A DNA stretch of 64,000 nucleotides from a virus. A program made the position numbers and the translations under genes. The notes under the pieces were generated by a model, which was not told where the DNA came from, made no database searches, and saw only the letters and a list, made by a program, of their open reading frames with translations. The stretch is taken from IMG/VR virus record IMGVR_UViG_3300036766_000032, positions 1 through 64,000 of that record, one strand, 5' to 3'. Shown piece by piece: positions 53,404 to 62,456 of the stretch (within the stretch, counting starts at the first letter, position 1; the number at the start of each line of letters is the position of its first letter).

Positions 53404-55671
53404 TCACCTAGTTAGCGGGCGGATAGCTTTTTCTGCAAGCCCGCCTATTGAGAATCCAGTCAATTCCCCTTTCTCTACTTTATTCCATGTTTCGTCGTCA
53501 CTGACTTTAACGGTCATCATCCAAGATCCTTGTTTGATCTTTCTACCTTCTATAGTTAGAGAAACGGGAGCCACCCAGCTCTCAACCACGAAGCAGTGCG
53601 GATTCTGTTGGGCGTGCTGTACTCCCACTGCCCGACTCTTTACTAGATAATTGTGCGCAGCTTGTTCGATTACCTCGGAACTCGCATACTCATCTTGAGT
53701 GTCAAGTTCATCTGGCTCCATCACCAGTCCCGTGACGAGCCGCTTCTTCGCGTTCTTCGTAACGATGGTGACGTCGTTCTTGACCGTCTTCAGTTCTATT
53801 AGTTCTGGCTCGGTGCCCGGTTTCGCCCAGATGAGTTTATCGTGACCCCGTTTCTTCAGATCCGCCACAACGTCTTCAAGTTTCTGAGACTCTGCCATCG
53901 GCGTTTGGTCAACCGGCTTACCGATCATCCACACTCTCCGTGCCGGACCCATCGGAACTGACGCAATGATATAGCGCCCATCGAGCTTGTCACCATGTAC
54001 GAACACTTCCGCGAAGTGGCGGTGTCGCACTCCCATCTGGTAAGTGCCGTGATCAAGCGCGAAGAACTTCGCATACGTGTTAGCGGTCGCGCCGACGCCC
54101 GCTGGTTCCACAAGAAGCGGAGCGCGTACACCGACGTCGAGCCACGGCTTCGGCTGTGCCAGTTTGAACGTGCCTTGTAGTTTGTCGTCTGGTGGAAGAT
54201 GCTCTAATCGGTCCCCTTTTCTATTCGCATCTGTGGTGCCTATGAACGCTGAGAAACCCCACAGAGCGTCGTCAGCTTCGAACCGCAGATCCCCGTGTAC
54301 GCTGTGGTCCGTCTTCATGAGTTCCGCATCACTCAACCCAGTCTCATCCAATTCGTCATTCTTCAGCAACCCGCGCCAGTGGTGTTGATATACAAATCGT
54401 CCGTTGCCAGACTTCGGGTAAGTCCGGAACCAGTTATCCCGCCAGAACTTCTCCGCTGACTCCCCATGCGTATCCCCCTCTTCACCGGCTGCCTTTTTGA
54501 CTTCCTTGTCTTGCAACACACTCCCACGCTGCGCTATGTCGATCGCTTGCTTTGCTGCGTACGGAGCCTTGCGAGTGGGGTCTACGTCCATGACGTTAGC
54601 GCCGAGCCACACCAGAGTCTTCTTTTCTTCGTCGGGGATCAACTCAAGCACGCGAACGGTTATGATGTCACCGACCTTCGCTTTCACCTTGGTGTTGAAT
54701 GACCACCCGAGGTCGACGAATCCGTCCTTCGCAAGCGTCACGTTTTCCCAGCCATCGCTGGGTGATGCGCTCAGTCCGCCGCGATAGTTGTACATACCCC
54801 CGGCCACGTCCTTCGTGTCCAAAACCTGTACCTTCAATTCCGCCACCTTCTTGACCTTGCTCCACTCGTTGGTCTCGCCAACCGGGTAGGGTCCGCTCGC
54901 CGTCTTCGCCATCGCGCCTTCAGAGCGTGGGATGCTGTACGCCTGATGCACTGCGTCGACGAGTTTGTCGTGTGTGTCGACCCATTTCACGGGGGACAGA
55001 CGGATGAATCGGTCATCGAAGAATGAATTCGGAAGTTCTTCAAGCTGCTTACGACGTTCTACGAACGGAAGCTCTGATAGGTCATCCGCGTAGTACGGCA
55101 TGTCGAACAAGGTAACTACAGGAACTTCATTTACAACGAAGACGGGTTTATCGGAGTTGAGTCGCATCAGCTCCGGGCGCGCCAAGCGCTTCCCCTCCTT
55201 CTCTATTCCCAGATCAGCGTCAAAGATCCAGGATCCAGGTATCTTTGCAAATGCAGTCTTAAGATTCGGCAACGTCTCGAACAGATTACGGGAAGCGTTC
55301 CCTTCGGTCCACATCTTCAGTCTGTCACCCTTCTTTTCAACGATGACTCGGAACCCGTTCCACTTCGGCTCGATCGCGACTGGGAGCTTGTCCTTTGCCC
55401 AGTCCCACAGTTCGGTCGTCGAGAATATCTCAGTGAGTCCAGCGAGCGAAGGCTTGGCGGGAACGAACGGCTTGAACGGAGACATCGACTTCTGAACTTC
55501 ACGCTTCAACGTCACCAGCAACGGTCCAATCCGCCCTCCAGACTTTGACACCGCCAGTTGCTCAAGCTCATACAACTGACGAATCAAAGCGCGCGGATCC
55601 GCTCCTGGCAGCTCAAGCTTACCAACTAGCTGGTCGATACAGTCAACGATCTCCGCAGTATCATCACGCAT
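53404..55671 (-). CDS. fusion: ATP-dependent ligase + LigD-type 3'-phosphoesterase + XkdF-like prohead serine protease
   Basis: ligase EPKWNGFR, IFDAD, LFD, EGAMAK, WSKVK and OB-like segment; PE FVYQHH, HGDLRFE, DHGTY, GDKLDGRY; protease LVTGLVMEP, DTQDE, ESW, GSW, LTGFSIGG. Confidence 0.8.
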   Translation of the reverse strand: MRDDTAEIVDCIDQLVGKLELPGADPRALIRQLYELEQLAVSKSGGRIGPLLVTLKREVQKSMSPFKPFVPAKPSLAGLTEIFSTTELWDWAKDKLPVAIEPKWNGFRVIVEKKGDRLKMWTEGNASRNLFETLPNLKTAFAKIPGSWIFDADLGIEKEGKRLARPELMRLNSDKPVFVVNEVPVVTLFDMPYYADDLSELPFVERRKQLEELPNSFFDDRFIRLSPVKWVDTHDKLVDAVHQAYSIPRSEGAMAKTASGPYPVGETNEWSKVKKVAELKVQVLDTKDVAGGMYNYRGGLSASPSDGWENVTLAKDGFVDLGWSFNTKVKAKVGDIITVRVLELIPDEEKKTLVWLGANVMDVDPTRKAPYAAKQAIDIAQRGSVLQDKEVKKAAGEEGDTHGESAEKFWRDNWFRTYPKSGNGRFVYQHHWRGLLKNDELDETGLSDAELMKTDHSVHGDLRFEADDALWGFSAFIGTTDANRKGDRLEHLPPDDKLQGTFKLAQPKPWLDVGVRAPLLVEPAGVGATANTYAKFFALDHGTYQMGVRHRHFAEVFVHGDKLDGRYIIASVPMGPARRVWMIGKPVDQTPMAESQKLEDVVADLKKRGHDKLIWAKPGTEPELIELKTVKNDVTIVTKNAKKRLVTGLVMEPDELDTQDEYASSEVIEQAAHNYLVKSRAVGVQHAQQNPHCFVVESWVAPVSLTIEGRKIKQGSWMMTVKVSDDETWNKVEKGELTGFSIGGLAEKAIRPLTR

Positions 55672-58241
55672 TACGCAGCCCTCTTGTTCAGTAGTAACAG
55701 CAACTCATCCTCTGACTTGCGGCGTCTGATGTTCGGTGCTGAGACAATTAGAGGCGCAGAGTGCAGCGTAGCCACCGCGCTTCCTCGCATAAGTATAGGC
55801 CAGATCTCTGCAGAGTACCATAATACCGGCCTCCTGCAAGTCGGTGCACCACCTGCTACCTCTATTCCGCCGTCCGGTTCGTAGCAGTAACAGAGCGCTA
55901 TTCGCGGGTGAACCGACAACCAGCCACGCGGGACGATGCTGATTTCCGCAGCCGGTAAGAAGGTGACGAGCGATGCCCCTCCAGTCTGTAATCCACCAGA
56001 CGCGGTGTATCCGCCGCCGCCTATCAGGGCAGCCTCTGCGGCCCCGCCGCTTTGCAGCCCGCCCGTCGCAGCGTAGTCCTTAGTCTTAGCCTGTGCCGCC
56101 GCGCCGCCGCTGCCTAAGCCACCACCTGCCTCGAACGCTTTGCCCTTGGCTACGCCCGCCGCGCCGCCGCTTTGCAGCCCGCCCAGCGCGGCGAACTCCT
56201 TCGCTTTGGACACCACGGCCACGCCACCCGTCGAAGGACCGCCCGCCGCAATAAAAGACTTTACTTTTACTAAAAAAGAGTATCCGGCGACGTCTATGCC
56301 GCCCTGTGCAGCGAAGTCCTTCGTCTTGGACCAGTCGGCGCCACTGCCCGCAGAGAGGCCAGACACGGCTGAGTACGTCTTGACCTTGACCAGCTCCGCG
56401 ATGCCGCCGCTCTGAAGTCCGCCGCTCGCCGAGTATGAATACGTCTGCCCTCCCCAATAATTTGCGTATCCGTCCGTCAGCACGCCGCCGCTGGAGTCGA
56501 ACGCTTTGGTCTTGGACAAGCCCGCCACACCACCCGTGAGCAATCCACCGGACGCGGAGTAGGCGAGGATGTTCGATTCTGACGTCGTGGCTGCGCCGCT
56601 TACGTCTAGACCGCCCTGCGCAGCGAAGTCCTTGGTCTTAGACCAGTCGGCACCACCGCCCGCAGAGGGACCAGACACGGCGATGTAGTCCTTGGTCTTC
56701 GAATATGGGGACGTCCCGCCTAGAACCGTGCCGCCGAGAACTTCCAGCACCTTCGTCTTGCTTAAACTGGCAGCGCCGCCGCTTTGCAGCCCGCCGCTCG
56801 CAAGGTAGGTATAGACGGCTCCTTCAGACGTGTTCGCCGCGCCGCTTGTTTGCGCGCCTCCTGAAGCTGCGAATGCTTTGGTCTTGGCGAAGTCCGCCAC
56901 ACCGCCGAGCAGCACGCCGCCGCTGACTGCGAACGTCTTCGCCTTCGAGAGCTCCGCCACACCGCCGAGCAGCACGCCGCCGACTCCGGCGTAAGCGTAG
57001 ACGTGCGCACCGACTGAGGTGTTCGCACTGCCGCTCGTCTGTACCAGACCCGTCGCGAGAAAGTCCTTTACCTTCGCAAGCGCTGCAGAACCGGCGACGT
57101 CCACGCCGCCTTGCGCAGCGAAGAGGACAGTCTTAGACCAGTCAGCAGAACCGCCAGTACTCGGACCCGAGACCGCTACGTAGATCTTGACCTTTACTAG
57201 ATCCGCAACGCCGCCAGTTTGAATGCCTCCAGCGGATACAGGCTCCTTCGTCTTTGAAAGACCCGCAACGCCGCCCGTGAGCAAACCCCCGGACGCGACG
57301 TAAACCCCGATGTCGTTCAGCTCAGAAGTAGTTGCCGCGCCGCCTAGACCGATACCGCCGGACGCGATGAAGTCTTTGAGCTTCTGCACACTGGCCGCAC
57401 CATCGAACAGTACGCCGCCCGCGACAGCGTAGTCCTTTGTCTTTGACAGGTCAGCGGAACCGCCAGTAGATAAGCTTCCCGACGCAACGTAGGAGTAGAT
57501 GTTGGACGTGGGGGAAGTGTTCGCGGCACCTCCGCTCTGCAACCCTCCAGCAGCTTCATAAGCCTTGGTCTTAGACAGGTTTGCGGCACCGCCCGTCTGG
57601 ATCCCGCCCACTGCGACGTAAGCACCAACGACGAGACTCTGCTCCGTCGTCGCAATGCCTCCGGTAGAGACGCCACTGACTGCGGAATACGCCTTAGTCT
57701 TCGCGAGATCCGCAACGCCGCTAAGCCCCACCCCGCCGGACGCGATGAACGCTTTGAGCTTAGCGACGTCAGTAGTCCCGCCAGCTAGAACACCGCCGCT
57801 GACGACGTAGTCCTTCGTCTTCGCCAGATCGGCAGCGCCGCTCGCCAGCACGCCTCCAGAAGCGACGTACCCTAGGACGTTGGACTCGGAAGTTGTGGAA
57901 GCGCCGCCCGTGGACACTCCGCCGATTGAGACGTAGGTCTTGGTCTTGGATAGCGCAGGACTGCCGCCAGTGAGCAATCCACCGGAGACCACGTAGTCCT
58001 TCGTCTTGGAAAGTAGTGCTGCACCACCGGAGAGGATTCCTCCGGAAGCTGCGTAAGAACCGATGACGTTTAATTCAGAAGTGGTAGCTGTACCACTAGT
58101 AGAAATTCCACCAGCTACAGTATAGGACTTGGTTCTTGAGAAGTCAGCTACACCACCGGTCTGGAGTCCGCCCGACCCCTCGTACACATAGGTCTGGACT
58201 ACCGACCATCCAAACTGATTCCAGATCTTGACGACATGCAT
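55671..58241 (-). CDS. Gly/Ala/Ser/Thr-rich repeat virion fibre
   Basis: roughly 35 tandem 20-24-aa repeats Y/FxASGGxxTGGxAxxSKTKD. Confidence 0.7.
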   Translation of the reverse strand: MHVVKIWNQFGWSVVQTYVYEGSGGLQTGGVADFSRTKSYTVAGGISTSGTATTSELNVIGSYAASGGILSGGAALLSKTKDYVVSGGLLTGGSPALSKTKTYVSIGGVSTGGASTTSESNVLGYVASGGVLASGAADLAKTKDYVVSGGVLAGGTTDVAKLKAFIASGGVGLSGVADLAKTKAYSAVSGVSTGGIATTEQSLVVGAYVAVGGIQTGGAANLSKTKAYEAAGGLQSGGAANTSPTSNIYSYVASGSLSTGGSADLSKTKDYAVAGGVLFDGAASVQKLKDFIASGGIGLGGAATTSELNDIGVYVASGGLLTGGVAGLSKTKEPVSAGGIQTGGVADLVKVKIYVAVSGPSTGGSADWSKTVLFAAQGGVDVAGSAALAKVKDFLATGLVQTSGSANTSVGAHVYAYAGVGGVLLGGVAELSKAKTFAVSGGVLLGGVADFAKTKAFAASGGAQTSGAANTSEGAVYTYLASGGLQSGGAASLSKTKVLEVLGGTVLGGTSPYSKTKDYIAVSGPSAGGGADWSKTKDFAAQGGLDVSGAATTSESNILAYSASGGLLTGGVAGLSKTKAFDSSGGVLTDGYANYWGGQTYSYSASGGLQSGGIAELVKVKTYSAVSGLSAGSGADWSKTKDFAAQGGIDVAGYSFLVKVKSFIAAGGPSTGGVAVVSKAKEFAALGGLQSGGAAGVAKGKAFEAGGGLGSGGAAAQAKTKDYAATGGLQSGGAAEAALIGGGGYTASGGLQTGGASLVTFLPAAEISIVPRGWLSVHPRIALCYCYEPDGGIEVAGGAPTCRRPVLWYSAEIWPILMRGSAVATLHSAPLIVSAPNIRRRKSEDELLLLLNKRAA

Positions 58242-58247
58242 GAGCCG

Positions 58248-59951
58248 CTAGTCCGTTAATCGTTTGACGAGGATCGCCGCGAAGGCGCACCCGCTGATTG
58301 CTCCGTGGGCGTGGATGTGAAAGTAGCTGCCAACTTCTAGTAGCCACGGCTCATGGGGAGCCCAACTGATTGTAGAGTTCGCTGGTACTCGGATGATGAC
58401 TTCCGTACCGGGCACCGTAGCGTCGTTGATGTCGTGCACTTCGCAGTAGATCGCGGCTGCGACAGAACAGGAGAACACGATTTCGAAGTCGTACAACTCT
58501 TCATTCGCCACACGCGGAGACCTCGCAAGTGTGGTCTCATCCGCGATTGGCGAAGCGCAGATCTCCCCTTCTGTGAACATTGGTAACGTGGAGACCGATA
58601 GCGTGGCGTACCACTCCGTCGTAGCCGCACCTCCCGTCGTGACTCCTCCGGAGACGCTGGTCAACTTGTCCTTTGACACCTCCGCGACGCCGCCAGTCTG
58701 CGCACCGCCGCTGCCCGTGGGAGCTTTGGTCTTGGCGAGCGTGGCGGTGCCCGCTGTCTGCGCGCCTCCAGACGCGATGTAGCTATGCCCGAACAGCGTC
58801 TGCGCGACGCCACTCGCCGCAATACCACCGGAGACGGGGAAGTCCTTGCCCTTCGCTACAGACGCCGCACCGACTGTAGCCGCACCGCCAGAAGCGAGCG
58901 TGGCCTTTACCTTCAAAACGGCTGAGACACCGCCTGATGCCGCGCCGCCGACGCCCGTGTACAAACCCTTACTCGCGAACATCTGGGTCGTGGCGACACC
59001 GCTCGTGGAGGCACCGCCGACACCCGTGTACGTCTTGACCACGGCGGGATTAGTGAAGTAGCCAAGCCGGTAGGAGTCTACACCCGTGTTGGAGATGTTC
59101 CCCTGCGAGACGTACGAAGCATCAACGCCGACCGTGTCGAACGCATGTGACGCGCCGCCAGGATAGTCGAGCAGGGACGTGGCCGAGTCGTCCTTGTCGC
59201 GCACGCCGTACGTGTAAGTCGTCGCACTAGAGATCGTTTCAATGAGTTGCGCAACTGAAGCTGAGGCAGCAGCGTAGTCGATCCACGAGCCGGACGTCGA
59301 TAGTGAGATGTTCGTGGCGTTGGTAGCGTACACTGCGCTCGACTTGACGTACCCGATCAGGAAATACACATCCCCGTTCGAGCCGTAAGCGTCACAGTTC
59401 TCAGTCCCGTCTACCCCGCACTCGCCCCAGATGTGCGCGTCGCACGCCTGCGTTCGATTGTCCGTTGAGCCGTTCTTGCGAAGTCCGACGTTCGCAGCGG
59501 ACACGCGCTCGAAGATTGCTCCTATCGCCGTATCCGCTCCAGTGTCGGCGGAGATATCTACTCCACGCCAAGCGTCGCCCATGCCGCCGCCACTGAGTGT
59601 CTTGGATACGCCGGTGGTGAAGAACACCGCGTCGTCGGTGTGATAGCCGACGAGCCAGATCTGTACAGACGCGTTCCCGACGTACGCTTCGAAGATGTTG
59701 CTCGCATCGACGCCCACCGCACCCATTCCCTGATAGTGGGTGCCGATGTTGGTTATGCGGTTGTCGGCCGAACCGTTCTTCCGCAGACCCACCGCGTACG
59801 AGGTGGCTGTGCTCGTGTTCTTTACGATCAGCTTGACGCCAGAGATCGATCCAGCAAGGCTGGTTACGAAGAAGCTGTCCAGGTCGACGGCTTGCCAAGA
59901 CCCCGTCGTGACTGGAGTTACATTGACCGGCGTGACTGTGAAGTAGGACAT
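58248..59951 (-). CDS. virion fibre-like protein
   Basis: N-terminal duplicated domain (GLRKNGSxDNR twice) then the same SGGxxxxGxA repeats. Confidence 0.6.
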   Translation of the reverse strand: MSYFTVTPVNVTPVTTGSWQAVDLDSFFVTSLAGSISGVKLIVKNTSTATSYAVGLRKNGSADNRITNIGTHYQGMGAVGVDASNIFEAYVGNASVQIWLVGYHTDDAVFFTTGVSKTLSGGGMGDAWRGVDISADTGADTAIGAIFERVSAANVGLRKNGSTDNRTQACDAHIWGECGVDGTENCDAYGSNGDVYFLIGYVKSSAVYATNATNISLSTSGSWIDYAAASASVAQLIETISSATTYTYGVRDKDDSATSLLDYPGGASHAFDTVGVDASYVSQGNISNTGVDSYRLGYFTNPAVVKTYTGVGGASTSGVATTQMFASKGLYTGVGGAASGGVSAVLKVKATLASGGAATVGAASVAKGKDFPVSGGIAASGVAQTLFGHSYIASGGAQTAGTATLAKTKAPTGSGGAQTGGVAEVSKDKLTSVSGGVTTGGAATTEWYATLSVSTLPMFTEGEICASPIADETTLARSPRVANEELYDFEIVFSCSVAAAIYCEVHDINDATVPGTEVIIRVPANSTISWAPHEPWLLEVGSYFHIHAHGAISGCAFAAILVKRLTD

Positions 59952-59961
59952 GACCGCTCCG

Positions 59962-61008
59962 TCAGTTCAGTCGTTCGCGAACACGCATGTTGATCGCGTA
60001 ATGTGTAGACACCGTCAACGCCGTCGGCGTGCGCCACGCCACGCCAGAGCCAGGACGGATGACGACCAGCTCTTCTTCCAAACCGCCGAAGTCCATCCGC
60101 GTATGTGCGTGGTTGTCGCTCAGCGGGAGGGTTACAGAAAGGAGCGGAGTACCGGACGTCGTGATGGTTTCGCCAGCCGCTTCCGCCCGGTACGTTGCGA
60201 GCGCCGTTGAGAAGTCTGTGTCTGTAGGTTCCGCCGTCGCCGCCGTCATCAGTACTCGGTCTGCGGATACGCGAATCAGCTCAAGTGCTAGGTTGGTGTT
60301 TGAGAATCCGCCGCCGCCGACCGGCATGTACGCTGCCGTGATCTCCACGTAGTCGAGCAGCACATCGACGCCCGTAGTGGCTGGATTCCACATCATCATG
60401 ACGCCATTGTTCAGCGCTGGAGCCGCCTCCATGTAGCGCGAAGCGAACAGGTAGCCACCGCGCACGGAGCCGGTCGCAGCTGAGCCAAGGTACTGGCTGA
60501 CCGCGCTCGGCAGTACGGACGCTGCGAACCACGGGTTGAACTTCACAACGATCGACGTGCTCGGTGCTGTAGCTTCCGTGGTGACCTTGACGATCAGATA
60601 TGGAATCGCTCCTGCTAGTCCGTTGACGACGCCTTCCAACTTCACTCCGCTGCGAGGACTGCGAACTACGAACGCGTCGATCGGCTTCGAGAACGCAGTC
60701 ACTCCGTCCAGCGACGGGTAGACCTTTACCCAGACGTTCGTCGAGCCCGTGCCGGAAGCCTCGACGACGAGCGTGTACGCGTTGAAGCCGTCTATCCCTA
60801 GACTCGCCGCGCTCGCCGTGTACGTCGTGTTGATGGCAGGCGCCGCTTGATTAAGGAGCGTCGTAAACCCCGGCTGCATCTGACTCTGGTATGGGATAAC
60901 GCGCTCGCGATACACAAGCAAAGAAGCGACCGTGCTCGCCTCCATATCCAGACGCTTGCCGGTAGAGTCGACTGGAATCTGGACATAGGCATCAGCCCCT
61001 TGCGGCAT
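59962..61008 (-). CDS. virion structural protein (beta-rich)
   Basis: ADAYVQIPVDSTGKR N-terminus; start ATG 61008 preferred over 61068. Confidence 0.55.
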   Translation of the reverse strand: MPQGADAYVQIPVDSTGKRLDMEASTVASLLVYRERVIPYQSQMQPGFTTLLNQAAPAINTTYTASAASLGIDGFNAYTLVVEASGTGSTNVWVKVYPSLDGVTAFSKPIDAFVVRSPRSGVKLEGVVNGLAGAIPYLIVKVTTEATAPSTSIVVKFNPWFAASVLPSAVSQYLGSAATGSVRGGYLFASRYMEAAPALNNGVMMMWNPATTGVDVLLDYVEITAAYMPVGGGGFSNTNLALELIRVSADRVLMTAATAEPTDTDFSTALATYRAEAAGETITTSGTPLLSVTLPLSDNHAHTRMDFGGLEEELVVIRPGSGVAWRTPTALTVSTHYAINMRVRERLN

Positions 61009-61009
61009 C

Positions 61010-61261
61010 TTAGTACCTGCTCTTGACCAAGTCCCACAGCGCCATGAGTAGCGCCCCCTCACCAGCATCGACGGGCAAGTCTACCAACCCGTCTACGGAA
61101 CGGTGCCCGTCCGCTGTCTTGAGCAACGCTTGAACATAGGTGCGCCGCACTTCGACCTTTCGAAGAGCCTGTTCTGAGCTCTCCCCAGACCGAAGGTGCT
61201 CAGCCCCTTCCGACGTCACGTCCCGCGCAACGGCGGAGATCAGCTTAAGCGCGACCTCCAT
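61010..61261 (-). CDS. hypothetical protein
   Basis: tightly packed within the operon. Confidence 0.5.
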   Translation of the reverse strand: MEVALKLISAVARDVTSEGAEHLRSGESSEQALRKVEVRRTYVQALLKTADGHRSVDGLVDLPVDAGEGALLMALWDLVKSRY

Positions 61262-61262
61262 C

Positions 61263-61517
61263 TCAGACGTAGCCTGCTGCGGCCCCTTCTACCTTGGCTG
61301 GACGACGCAACTCTGGGATGTCTGCCAGACTCGCCTGCGTCAGCGCGGAGAGATCGGCGTCCGATAAAGTGACGACCAGCTTGGTGTTTCCTTTATCGTC
61401 CGTCTGGTGGAATTCCTGTGCCGTGAACTCTGCACCGGACTCGTTGGTATACTTGGAAGTCGTATAGATCCCGACCTTGCCTTTCATCTTTACCCACATA
61501 CCGCGACGAAGTGCCAT
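61263..61517 (-). CDS. hypothetical protein
   Basis: AGGAGG RBS before ATG 61517. Confidence 0.55.
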   Translation of the reverse strand: MALRRGMWVKMKGKVGIYTTSKYTNESGAEFTAQEFHQTDDKGNTKLVVTLSDADLSALTQASLADIPELRRPAKVEGAAAGYV

Positions 61518-61524
61518 TTGGTGT

Positions 61525-61632
61525 TTCCTCCTGCTGGTTGAACATCTTTTGAACTTCGGTGTTTGTGACACGTAGAACTTCGTAACCTAGCTTATTCAGA
61601 ACTGTCGTACGCTTCTTGTCACGCTTTAAATA
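61525..61632 (-). pseudogene. remnant C-terminus of a DUF559-like endonuclease
   Basis: reads YLKRDKKRTTVLNKLGYEVLRVTNTEV with an upstream in-frame TAG and no start codon. Confidence 0.55.
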
Positions 61633-61674
61633 GGGGGGCGTAATCGACAGCGGCGCACACCCCTATAGCAAATC

Positions 61675-62079
61675 TTAATCCAAGGTTATTTTAGGCGTGA
61701 CCTTAATCTGATCTCCGTTATTCACGACTTGGTAAGGCCCGTCAGAGAATCTCTCCGCCCACGCAATTCGTCCACTCGACGCACGAGTCATAAAATACCC
61801 GTAGTTATTCTGCGACTGAGAGCCTGCGGTCGATGTGAATGTTTGCTGCGCGTACGCGCCGTCCGATGGAGCTCCTTCGGTTACTACCCAACTCGCTCCT
61901 GTCAACGTCGCCGCTGAGTATCCAGTCCAAGTGGCCTCGGTGTACGTCGCAGCGGTGTCAGTTTCTGCCGGTGTGGTGTTGGATTGATAGAGCCGAAGAA
62001 TTACGTTCTCCGCTGCTGAGAAATTCAAGAGATATTTGAGCATATCTCCTTCGCCATGGTTAGGCACCAGTAGAGTCAC
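61675..62079 (-). CDS. conserved small virion protein
   Basis: LRLYQSNTTP, TEATWTGY, YGYF, WAERF, GDQIKVTP; GGAGG RBS. Confidence 0.65.
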   Translation of the reverse strand: MTLLVPNHGEGDMLKYLLNFSAAENVILRLYQSNTTPAETDTAATYTEATWTGYSAATLTGASWVVTEGAPSDGAYAQQTFTSTAGSQSQNNYGYFMTRASSGRIAWAERFSDGPYQVVNNGDQIKVTPKITLD

Positions 62080-62279
62080 TTTTAAATCCTCCGCCAGCTT
62101 CTAGCTGGTCATTAAGTTAAACGACGATACATCCACCACGCGTGTGGAGGACGCTTTCTGCACCTTCCGACTTCCCTTTAAACCGAGTCTTCTTCAAATG
62201 CGCCTTCCACTTCTCCGATAATTCAAGCCACGGCCAATCCTTATCCCATTCCTGTACCTGTACCTGACCGTCCAACCTT

Positions 62280-62456
62280 CTAACCACTGCCCTCGCATTC
62301 CATATTCGGCTTGTACAAAGCCTCGTTCAACTTCGCCGCTTCCTGCTTGGCTAGTGCTTCATCGAGCGCTTTATCCAGCGCGTCGTCCCATCGATCGAAC
62401 GGATCCTTACCGGGTTCCGCTGTCGACGAGCTTGGGGGTTTCTCCGGTGTTGTCAT
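62280..62456 (-). CDS. small acidic protein
   Basis: GGAGG RBS before ATG 62456, overlapping the end of the Zeta-domain gene. Confidence 0.4.
   Translation of the reverse strand: MTTPEKPPSSSTAEPGKDPFDRWDDALDKALDEALAKQEAAKLNEALYKPNMECEGSG

Noticed and set aside
53395-53406. Stop-codon readthrough joining protease and scaffold
   Set aside because: The two ORFs are out of frame (8-nt gap) and the scaffold has its own RBS.
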